From the sequence record SRR20825006_771: 33,870 nucleotides of DNA; one strand, 5' to 3'. Shown piece by piece: positions 7,881-15,677 of the stretch (the stretch's first letter is position 1; every line of letters begins with the position of its first letter). The notes beneath the pieces are model-generated. The model saw only the letters and a list, made by a program, of their open reading frames with translations, did no database searches and was not told where the DNA came from. A program made the translations under genes and the position numbers.

Positions 7881-9722
7881 TTAGCTGACTTTTTTCAAGT
7901 CTGTCACCCAAGCTTTGACATTTGTCTCCAAAATAGACAGAGGCACAGCGCCGTTTTTCAGCACCACACGGTGGAAACCTTTCCAGTCAAACTTGTCACC
8001 CAACTCGTCCATTGCCATCTGACGCAACTCCATGATCTTGAGCTTGCCAACCATGTAAGCAGTCGCCTGCCCCGGCATCACGATATAGCGCTCAATCGCG
8101 GCAACAACGTCGCCGTGTGGGTTTGGTGTATTTCCCGACAGGTAATCAATAGCCTGTTCACGTGTCCATTTTTTGGAATGCAGGCCCGTATCTACCACCA
8201 GGCGGCATGCGCGCCAGAGCTCCATCGCCAACCTACCAAAGTCTGAGTATGGGTCCTGATAGAAGCCCATGTCCTTGCCAAGCTCTTCCGTATAAAGGCC
8301 CCAGCCTTCTGTGAAGGCGGTAAAGCGCGCGGTGCGCTGGAACAGCGGCACACCCTCAAGCTCTTGCGTCAGCGCGATCTGGAAGTGGTGCCCGGGAATA
8401 CCTTCGTGGTACGCAAGGGCCTCAAGCTGATAGATCGGCATATATTTTGTGTTGCGCAGGTTTGCGTAAAATATGCCGGGACGTGAACCATCGGGCGCAG
8501 AGCGCTGATAGAATGCCTTGCCCGCGGATTCCTCGCGGAACTTTTCAACTGCGCGTACTTCCATCGGTGCTTTTGGGGTCAGGTCAAAGAACTCGGGCAC
8601 CCGTTCACGCATGGCATCAATGATGTCGTTGGCCTGCTGGATGTAAGCCGCCTTACCTTCTTCCGTATCAGGGTAGTAGAACTGGTCATCTGTGCGGGTG
8701 AACTCGAAAAACTCCTGCAGGGTGCCTTCAAAGCCAACCTGCGCCATGATCTCTTTCATGGCCTCATGAATACGCGCAACATTGTCGAGGCCGATCTGGT
8801 GGATCTCATCGGCCGACAAGGTGGTTGTGGTCATATTCTCGAGGGCCTGCGCATAAAACGCATCCCCATCCGGGAACTTCCAGGCACCATCGTCTGTCGT
8901 CGCCGTTGCCTGAAGCTCTTCCAGCTTGGCGATCAGCGTCTCAAACCCAGCTTTGGTATTGGTGGTGAGGGCTTCCGTAGCTTTAGCAACAAGCGCACCG
9001 CGCTCTTCGTCACTGATTTCCAGATTTCCAACCTTTTTCTTGAAGTCCGCCAACAGAATGTTGTCTTTCCCGCTATCGTCAAACGGTGCACCGCTGACGA
9101 TATTACGTGAAGACTCGATCACATACGGATAGACAAATTTCGGTGCCTGAATGCCTTTGTCAGCACGTTCCTGCAGGTTACCAGACAACTGGGTGAGAAA
9201 TGTGGAAAGCCCGTTCAGACGGGTGATGTAGGCCTCGGCATCCTTGACATCATCAATACGGTGAACCGTCATCAGGTGCGTTGCAACACCTGTGTGCCAC
9301 CCAAACATCTGGTTGATAGGGTAACCATAGTCGTGCCAACGGTCGTTCTTGATATGCCGCTCAGCCGTCAGTTCAAAAATACGGTAGCTGAGCTGGTCTT
9401 TCTCGCTCAAAGCGTCAAAATCAAACGCGCGTAGCTCAGCAAGTTGATCTTTATAAAGCTGCAATTCCTTGGCGTCTGCCTCGTCAGAAATCTCTGGCCA
9501 TTCATCATTGTGGCTACGATCACCAAGGCGCTCGGCCTGCAACGGGTTGAGCGCAAGGCGCGCTTTCATGGCATCGGCAAAAAACTTGTTCAGCGCTTCT
9601 GCTTGTTGTTCTTGTGCGATCTCAGCGTCTTGCCCAAAAGTCTTTTGCTCGTTTTTGTTCGCAGGCTCACAAGCGGCCAACGCCAGCAAAAGTGCAATGG
9701 ATGAAACGGTTTGTCGGATCAT
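7881..9722 (-). CDS. DUF885 family lipoprotein (putative metallopeptidase fold)
   Basis: Lipobox LALAA-C; AYHEGIPGHHFQ, FTEGWGLYTE, WRACRLVVDTGLH and PGQATAYMVG motifs; ATG 9722 after AAGGGG. Confidence 0.92.
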   Translation of the reverse strand: MIRQTVSSIALLLALAACEPANKNEQKTFGQDAEIAQEQQAEALNKFFADAMKARLALNPLQAERLGDRSHNDEWPEISDEADAKELQLYKDQLAELRAFDFDALSEKDQLSYRIFELTAERHIKNDRWHDYGYPINQMFGWHTGVATHLMTVHRIDDVKDAEAYITRLNGLSTFLTQLSGNLQERADKGIQAPKFVYPYVIESSRNIVSGAPFDDSGKDNILLADFKKKVGNLEISDEERGALVAKATEALTTNTKAGFETLIAKLEELQATATTDDGAWKFPDGDAFYAQALENMTTTTLSADEIHQIGLDNVARIHEAMKEIMAQVGFEGTLQEFFEFTRTDDQFYYPDTEEGKAAYIQQANDIIDAMRERVPEFFDLTPKAPMEVRAVEKFREESAGKAFYQRSAPDGSRPGIFYANLRNTKYMPIYQLEALAYHEGIPGHHFQIALTQELEGVPLFQRTARFTAFTEGWGLYTEELGKDMGFYQDPYSDFGRLAMELWRACRLVVDTGLHSKKWTREQAIDYLSGNTPNPHGDVVAAIERYIVMPGQATAYMVGKLKIMELRQMAMDELGDKFDWKGFHRVVLKNGAVPLSILETNVKAWVTDLKKVS

Positions 9723-9848
9723 AACTGTCCCCTTATTTTTCCCTGTACTCAAATTCTAATCAAAAGTCGGAAACTCTTGGTGGTTGGTAATCATTTGCCA
9801 ACCAATTTGCGCTAAGGTGGCCCTGCTTTGAGATGAATTGCAAGCCCT

Positions 9849-9877
9849 GTTGACATCCAGGCCCAAGATGCCTATCT
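9849..9877 (+). promoter_or_regulatory. Putative RpoH (sigma32)-type promoter for hspQ
   Basis: GTTGAC-N16-CCTATCT resembles the alphaproteobacterial heat-shock consensus CTTGAA-N15/17-CCTATAT; 30 nt upstream of hspQ. Confidence 0.5.
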
Positions 9878-9907
9878 CACGCATCTGTATAGGAGTGCCA
9901 AAGCGAA

Positions 9908-10252
9908 ATGCAACGCGAGACCAAAATCGTAAAAACGCCGCTGTTCACCATTGGTCAGGTCGTCCGTCACAAATACTTCCCGTTCCGGGGAGTAATTTTT
10001 GACGTGGACGCCGAATTTGCGAATTCTGAAGAGTGGTGGGAATCTATCCCGGCGGAAATCCGCCCGGCAAAAGAGCAGCCCTTTTATCACCTGTTCGCTG
10101 AAAATGACGACACCAGCTATGAAGCTTATGTTTCACAGCAAAATCTGGAAGCTGATGTTTCAGACGAACCGGTAAACCATCCTGAGGTTATTGAGCTTTT
10201 TGGCGATTTGAGCCAAGGTCAGTATCAGCTCAAGGCTATTCCGCGACATTAA
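9908..10252 (+). CDS. hspQ: Heat shock protein HspQ (YccV family)
   Basis: FTIGQVVRHKYFPFRGVIFDVD, QPFYHLFAEN and AYVSQQNL motifs. Confidence 0.92.
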   Translation: MQRETKIVKTPLFTIGQVVRHKYFPFRGVIFDVDAEFANSEEWWESIPAEIRPAKEQPFYHLFAENDDTSYEAYVSQQNLEADVSDEPVNHPEVIELFGDLSQGQYQLKAIPRH

Positions 10253-10283
10253 GCCCTTATCACGTAAGACCTGAATTGTGCTC

Positions 10284-10319
10284 ATAAAAAAAGCGGCGTA
10301 CCTGACGCCGCTTTTTTAT
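10284..10319. terminator. Bidirectional intrinsic terminator
   Basis: AAAAAAAGCGGCGT-acctg-ACGCCGCTTTTTT between convergent hspQ and COX IV genes. Confidence 0.88.
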
Positions 10320-10334
10320 TGGCAGTGTGCGCTG

Positions 10335-10445
10335 TTACGCGACAAACGCAGCCAAAAGCACCATCACCACGATGATTGCGACAGTAGCCCGTGTACCGTG
10401 CTTCATGAAACCGTCAAAGGTGCGTTCTTGTTCTTGAATGTCCAT
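10335..10445 (-). CDS. aa3-type cytochrome c oxidase subunit IV (36 aa)
   Basis: MDIQEQERTFDGFMK followed by one TM helix, the Paracoccus/Rhodobacter-type subunit IV pattern; GGGAG RBS upstream of ATG 10445. Confidence 0.8.
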   Translation of the reverse strand: MDIQEQERTFDGFMKHGTRATVAIIVVMVLLAAFVA

Positions 10446-10534
10446 ATCACTGGCTCCCAATTGCTTAGCGTTCGACGCTGAAGAAATATTTCCCGCTCTA
10501 TAGCGCATCACATCGCGCGGGCCAAGTATTTTGC

Positions 10535-11518
10535 TCAACCCTCACTGCCAACACACTCGGCAAGCATCTCTGGTTCAATATTACCGCCAGAGAGAACAAC
10601 TACTGTTGTACGTCCCTTGGCGGCCACTCGCCCGTTCATCAGCGCCGCAAGGGCTGCCGCGCCGCCAGGTTCCACGACCATCTTGAGGGTAATGGCGGCA
10701 TACCGTACGGCCGCAAGCGCTTCCTCATCACTGACCGTCAGGCCTTTGATTTCACACTCTCTGAGTATCGGGAAGGTCAGGTCACCGGCACTCGGTGTCA
10801 GCAGTGCATCACAAATTGAGCGTGCACCAAAGTCCACTTTTTCAATGGTGCCCGTGGTTAGGGACCGGCAGACGTCGTCAAACGCCTCAGGCTCAACCAC
10901 ATAGCCGTCCATCCCCGGGAAGTGATGCTTCAGAGCCACAAAGGTGCCCGATGCCAGCCCACCGCCGCCACAGTTCACCAGTGCTTGATCTGGCTTCAGG
11001 CCCAATTGTTTCAGGTCCTCGGCGATCTCAAGCCCAACGGTACCCTGTCCGGCCATGATGTAAGGGTCGTTATACGGCGGCACCACGATAGCACCGCTAT
11101 CACCCACTACGCGTTTCGCAACCTCTTCCCGGTCTTCGTTATAGCGGTCATACTGCACCACTTCGGCACCATAGGAACGTGTATTGGCGAGCTTTAATTT
11201 CGGGGCATCATTCGGCATCACAATGGTTGCCTTAATACCAAGTATTTGTGCAGCCTTGGCAACACCTTGTGCATGGTTCCCGCTGGAAAATGCCACAACG
11301 CCTTTGGCACGCTCTGCCTCGGTCAGCCTCGAGAGCCTGTTATAAGCACCACGAAACTTGAAAGCTCCAATAACCTGCAAGTTCTCAGGCTTAATGAAAA
11401 CCCGGCCACCAAGCAATTCATTGAGGGCAGGATATTCCAGAAGTGGGGTCCGTACCGCAGCGCCCTTGATTTGCTGAGCAGCTGAGAGAATATCCTCGAT
11501 ACCAATCGCCAATGTCAC
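10535..11518 (-). CDS. PLP-dependent threonine/serine dehydratase family protein (short form, no ACT domain)
   Basis: KPENLQVIGAFKFRGAYN (PLP Lys), SSGNHAQG, GGGGLASG and VLSGGN motifs. Confidence 0.9.
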   Translation of the reverse strand: MTLAIGIEDILSAAQQIKGAAVRTPLLEYPALNELLGGRVFIKPENLQVIGAFKFRGAYNRLSRLTEAERAKGVVAFSSGNHAQGVAKAAQILGIKATIVMPNDAPKLKLANTRSYGAEVVQYDRYNEDREEVAKRVVGDSGAIVVPPYNDPYIMAGQGTVGLEIAEDLKQLGLKPDQALVNCGGGGLASGTFVALKHHFPGMDGYVVEPEAFDDVCRSLTTGTIEKVDFGARSICDALLTPSAGDLTFPILRECEIKGLTVSDEEALAAVRYAAITLKMVVEPGGAAALAALMNGRVAAKGRTTVVVLSGGNIEPEMLAECVGSEG

Positions 11519-11772
11519 TGTTTCGCCTCCCCGTTTTTGTTATTTGCCGCCTTGCGCCGCTGCCACCATCTGCCGAGACGCACTTCCTGGTTGCGCCGAA
11601 AGCGCCGCACCGCCGGAAAGTCCACCGAGAGGATCAGAAGCCCAAGCGGCACCATCCAGAAGCCAAGAACCGGCAAGAACCCAAGAAGTCCACCAATAAT
11701 AAAAAAAATGCCTACCACTATCCGCGCCAGGCGGTTGGCAGGCATTACTTTTTTAACCGTATTCTTAACCAT
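11515..11772 (-). CDS. Small membrane protein (PGPGW-like family)
   Basis: GGLLGFLPVLGFWMVPLGLLILSVDFP followed by an Arg-rich tail; GTGA overlap with the dehydratase gene; start could be 11793. Confidence 0.7.
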   Translation of the reverse strand: MVKNTVKKVMPANRLARIVVGIFFIIGGLLGFLPVLGFWMVPLGLLILSVDFPAVRRFRRNQEVRLGRWWQRRKAANNKNGEAKQ

Positions 11773-11845
11773 GATACCCGAAACCTTATCCAAATATCCC
11801 GCCAGCTAACGTGGGATATATCCGAACAAGCTTCGGGCCCAGCTG

Positions 11846-13171
11846 TTAACCAACTTCGTTGATGGTTTTCCGCATGATTTCACCAATGTTGTCAATATCT
11901 GATTTGGTGGTCACAAGCGGCGGCGCGATAGCGATATGGTCACCGCTCATACGAACCTTGAGCCCATTTTCATAAGCACGCTGGAAAATCTTGCCTGCGC
12001 GGGAGCCAACCTTGCCGTCGATCTGCGCAAAAGTAATCGCACTCATAAAGCCAAGATTGCGAACATCTGTGACAGTTTCAGCACTGCCAAGTGCATGCAC
12101 CATGTCCTCAAAATAGCTTTCGGTTGCGCGCACATGCTCATACACACCTTCTTCCTGATAAGCTTTCTGGCTCGCAATAGCGGCAGCAACAGCAAGGGGA
12201 TGCGCGGAATAGGTGTAACCATGGAACAGCTCAATGCCGCCCTTGGTTTCGTCCATGAAGGTATCGTAAATGCCCTTGCGAACTGCCACCGCCCCCATGG
12301 GAACTGAGCCGTTATTCAGGGCTTTTGCCGTTGTGATCAGGTCTGGCACAATACCAAACCGCTCAGACGCTGTTGCGTAACCAAGGCGGCCAAAAGCCGT
12401 GATAACCTCGTCAAATATCAGCAGGATACCATGTTTTTCCGTGATCTCACGCAAGCGCTCGAGATAGCCTTTAGGCGGTATAAACACCCCTGCAGACCCG
12501 GCAACCGGCTCAACGATCACAGCTGCAATGGTGCTGGCATCGTGAAGCGAAATAACCTCTTCAAGCGAATCCGCATAAGCTGCGCCATCTTCAGGCTGCC
12601 CTTTTGAGAAACGCATATCCGCATTATAAGGAAACGCCAGATGGTCAACCCCCGGTAGCTGCGCGCCAAAAAACTTGCGGTTATTGACCATGCCGCCCAC
12701 GGAAATGCCACCAAAACCAACACCGTGATAACCGTGCATGCGCCCTATAAGGCGCGTGCGCTGCCCCTCGCCCCGCAACCGGTGGTACCCGAGCGCTATT
12801 TTCAGCGCTGTATCAACAGATTCGGACCCCGAGTTGGTGAAGAAGATATGGTCCAGATCACCCGGCATGATTTCCTTGAGCATGTTCGCAAGCTCAAATG
12901 CCTTAGGGTGACCAAACTGGAAGGCTGTCGCATAGTCCAGCTCACCCGCCTGCTTGCGGATCGCCTCAACGACTTTGGGGTGGTTGTGACCAAGCGCACA
13001 ACACCAAAGGCCGGAGGAACCGTCGATCACCTTGCGGCCATCGGTTGTCTGGTAATAGATGCCATCCGCGCTTTCCAGCAGGCGCGGATTAGCCTTGAAA
13101 TCTTTGTTCGGGGTAAATGGCATCCAATAGGCTGCCATATCGTCGTTTATTCTTTTATCTGTGCCATCCAT
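11846..13171 (-). CDS. Omega-amino acid:pyruvate aminotransferase (beta-alanine transaminase, BauA-like; class III PLP)
   Basis: AYWMPFTPNKDFK, DGSSGLWC, TNSGSESVDTALKIA, FDEVITAFGRLG and ELFHGYTYSAHP motifs; ATG 13171 after AGGTG. Confidence 0.9.
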   Translation of the reverse strand: MDGTDKRINDDMAAYWMPFTPNKDFKANPRLLESADGIYYQTTDGRKVIDGSSGLWCCALGHNHPKVVEAIRKQAGELDYATAFQFGHPKAFELANMLKEIMPGDLDHIFFTNSGSESVDTALKIALGYHRLRGEGQRTRLIGRMHGYHGVGFGGISVGGMVNNRKFFGAQLPGVDHLAFPYNADMRFSKGQPEDGAAYADSLEEVISLHDASTIAAVIVEPVAGSAGVFIPPKGYLERLREITEKHGILLIFDEVITAFGRLGYATASERFGIVPDLITTAKALNNGSVPMGAVAVRKGIYDTFMDETKGGIELFHGYTYSAHPLAVAAAIASQKAYQEEGVYEHVRATESYFEDMVHALGSAETVTDVRNLGFMSAITFAQIDGKVGSRAGKIFQRAYENGLKVRMSGDHIAIAPPLVTTKSDIDNIGEIMRKTINEVG

Positions 13172-13195
13172 GAAACACCTATTTTGCACAAGGGA

Positions 13196-13215
13196 GGAAG
13201 GCCCAAAGGCCTTCC
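13196..13215 (-). other. Intercistronic hairpin 3' of the TonB-dependent receptor gene
   Basis: GGAAGGCC-caaa-GGCCTTCC perfect 8-bp stem (plus-strand reading) with no strong U tract. Confidence 0.55.
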
Positions 13216-13237
13216 CTGCTTCTTTTATATCAAAGTC

Positions 13238-15547
13238 TTACTCGCCAAAACGGTAGGAGAGTTTCATACCGAAGGTACGTGGACGGCTGATGCCAAACCC
13301 ATGGGCCGGGAAGAAACCACCAGCCTCGGACGTGCCATCAAAGTAAGCTTTGTTGAAGATATTCTCCACATAGGCAGTCACAGCCCAGCGGTTAAAGCTT
13401 TCATATCCAATACGAGCGGAGAAATCAGCCCAACCATCATTCTGGAAGGCAGCGATATTGCCAAGCCCGCCATAGGTTTTGGTCTGGGTACGGAAATCAG
13501 CGGACACATTCAACTCGCCCTCACCAACTTCTGTATGATAGCTCACAAGACCTGCGAAGGTGAATTTAGGCGAACCCGGCAAACGGTTACCCGTGCTGCC
13601 TTCTTCAACTGCTTCCGCGCCCGAGATCTCATTCTCGTTAAACGATGTTGCAAAGAATACATCGATATTCTTGTTCACGATCGCCTGCACGGTGCCTTCA
13701 AGACCCCATGACTTCACTTTACCGACGTTGGTCACGCGTGTGCCTTTGTCGAAATAGTTCAGTTGCAGGTCTTTGTACTGATAATAGTAGCTGCTGATAT
13801 CAAGCCGGATGCGCTTGTCAAACAAGTCACCCTTGGTACCCAGCTCATACGACCATACTGTTTCAGGGTCGAACTGGTTGAGGGTGGCGTTGCTCACAAG
13901 GCCATCGTCCGCCACGTCGTCGTCGTCAGCCTCAATGGCGAAGCTACCAAACCCGCCGGCTTTATAGCCTTTGGTAACGCTGGCATAAACCATCCAGTCG
14001 TCGTTTGGACGATAACGGGCAACAAATCGCGGTGTGAAGTCATCCCAGGTTTGCTCACCTTCAATAAAGCCGTCTGTGTAAACACCGAAGGCCCAGAATG
14101 GCCCGAGGTAGCTGTCTACGGGCAGAATGGAGTTCGCGAACTTCTTCTTGTCCTTGGTGTAACGCAAGCCCACGCCGAGCTCGAACTGGTCAGATACAGC
14201 ATATGTCATATCGACATAAGCGCCCCAGCCGCTAAACTCACCCATCACTTGGTTCTGCTCGAGAAGACCATCAGCGTTCGGGACAAATTCACCCCAGCCA
14301 TAGTAAGCAAAAACCTCAGAGCAGGAGTAATAATAGTAAGCCGCGCACATGACTTCTTCGTCACCACGCTGCTGGAAGAAGGTATTGATCTCTTCCTTGT
14401 AGTAGGAGACACCGGCATACCAGCTCAGCGGGCCGTCACTTTGGCTCACAAGCCGCAGTTCCTGCTCGAAATAATCACCGCTTTGATCTTGGGCATAATC
14501 GTTGAACCCAATGTTCATGCCATCAAAATCTTCCGCGTAGCGGTAGTCGTGATCCTTATAACCTGTAACAGACGTAAGGGTTGCAAAACCGAGGTCCACG
14601 TTGATCTCGGCGCTCAGAGCGAGCACTTCACCAATGTCGTAGTTACCAAGCTTTGCGTCATTATCAACGCTGCGAGCACCGCCGCGCACGCTGATATCAC
14701 GCCCGAGAACATCCTCAAGGTGTGGTACGATTTCGTCATCTTCGATAAGGCGATAGATGGACCCGCTCTGATCACGATCTTCATACTCAAACATCAGCGT
14801 GGCGTCCCAGTTGTCGCCGCGCAGGCCACCGGTCACCCGGAAGGCTGACTTATCATGAGCCACGAGGTTGTCATCGCCGATTTCAGCCGCATTATCCACG
14901 TAACCGTCTTCCTCGCTATGGTAGGCAGCAAGGCGAAGGGCAAAATTGTCGTTCATCGGGATGTTGGTCCAGGCCTCAGCCTCGAAAATACCACGCTCTC
15001 CAAGCCCTGCCTCGATAAAGCCGGAAGCCGCATCAAAGTCTGCCTTGGCGGTATAAAGGCTGACGGCGCCGCTGATCGCGTTACGACCAAACAGGAAACC
15101 CTGCGGGCCACGAAGAACCTCAGCGCGTTCCATATCGAACATGGACGTTACGACAACACCGTTCCGGCCTTGGTACAGGCCGTTCTTGAAGAAACCAACA
15201 GATGGATCACCGCCCACACCAAAGTCGTTCGTGGAAATACCACGAATGTTGATATAGTCGATGAAGCTGTCTTTACTGTCGCCTGAGAAGCCTGGCGCAA
15301 ATTTCACCAGGTCCTTCACGTCATCAAGATTGACTCGCTTGGTGAAATTGGCGTCAAACGCCGTGATTGAAACCGGAACATCCTGTGTGGACTGCACCCG
15401 TTTCTGCGCGGTTACCACCACTTCCTCAATTGCCAACGAGTTACTGTCCGCATCTTGAGCGATCGCAGCACCACCAGAGAGAAGGATCGCTGCAAGCGAT
15501 GCCCCTGCTTTGGCCTTGAAGCTGCGGGTACGATAGACAGATGTCAT
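13238..15547 (-). CDS. TonB-dependent outer-membrane receptor
   Basis: Signal peptide (AIA-Q), IEEVVVTAQKR N-terminal TonB-box region, ERAEVLRGPQGFLFGRNAISGAV plug motif, amphipathic C-terminal strand RTFGMKLSYRF; GAGGAG RBS. Confidence 0.95.
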   Translation of the reverse strand: MTSVYRTRSFKAKAGASLAAILLSGGAAIAQDADSNSLAIEEVVVTAQKRVQSTQDVPVSITAFDANFTKRVNLDDVKDLVKFAPGFSGDSKDSFIDYINIRGISTNDFGVGGDPSVGFFKNGLYQGRNGVVVTSMFDMERAEVLRGPQGFLFGRNAISGAVSLYTAKADFDAASGFIEAGLGERGIFEAEAWTNIPMNDNFALRLAAYHSEEDGYVDNAAEIGDDNLVAHDKSAFRVTGGLRGDNWDATLMFEYEDRDQSGSIYRLIEDDEIVPHLEDVLGRDISVRGGARSVDNDAKLGNYDIGEVLALSAEINVDLGFATLTSVTGYKDHDYRYAEDFDGMNIGFNDYAQDQSGDYFEQELRLVSQSDGPLSWYAGVSYYKEEINTFFQQRGDEEVMCAAYYYYSCSEVFAYYGWGEFVPNADGLLEQNQVMGEFSGWGAYVDMTYAVSDQFELGVGLRYTKDKKKFANSILPVDSYLGPFWAFGVYTDGFIEGEQTWDDFTPRFVARYRPNDDWMVYASVTKGYKAGGFGSFAIEADDDDVADDGLVSNATLNQFDPETVWSYELGTKGDLFDKRIRLDISSYYYQYKDLQLNYFDKGTRVTNVGKVKSWGLEGTVQAIVNKNIDVFFATSFNENEISGAEAVEEGSTGNRLPGSPKFTFAGLVSYHTEVGEGELNVSADFRTQTKTYGGLGNIAAFQNDGWADFSARIGYESFNRWAVTAYVENIFNKAYFDGTSEAGGFFPAHGFGISRPRTFGMKLSYRFGE

Positions 15548-15677
15548 TTTCTGCTCCTCCCCTTGCGGGTCATTATACCTGATCTGCCATCAGGCTTTTC
15601 CAAAGCAGCTTACAGAAACTTCCGATGTGCTGCTCTCATGTTAATACGTGGCTGTTCCCCCCCGGGATAAAGCCGGC

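Noticed and set aside
9781-9804. Inverted repeat TGGTTGGTAA-tcat-TTGCCAACCA between DUF885 and hspQ
   Set aside because: Single copy with no candidate regulator; could be an operator but cannot be supported
9893-9901. GAGTGCCAA, a CIRCE right half-site upstream of hspQ
   Set aside because: The left half-site is missing at 9-nt spacing, and the sequence overlaps the AGGAG RBS
12725-14848. Long plus-strand ORFs (328 aa and 361 aa) antisense to the transaminase and receptor genes
   Set aside because: Shadow ORFs expected from codon bias of the real minus-strand genes; no recognisable domains
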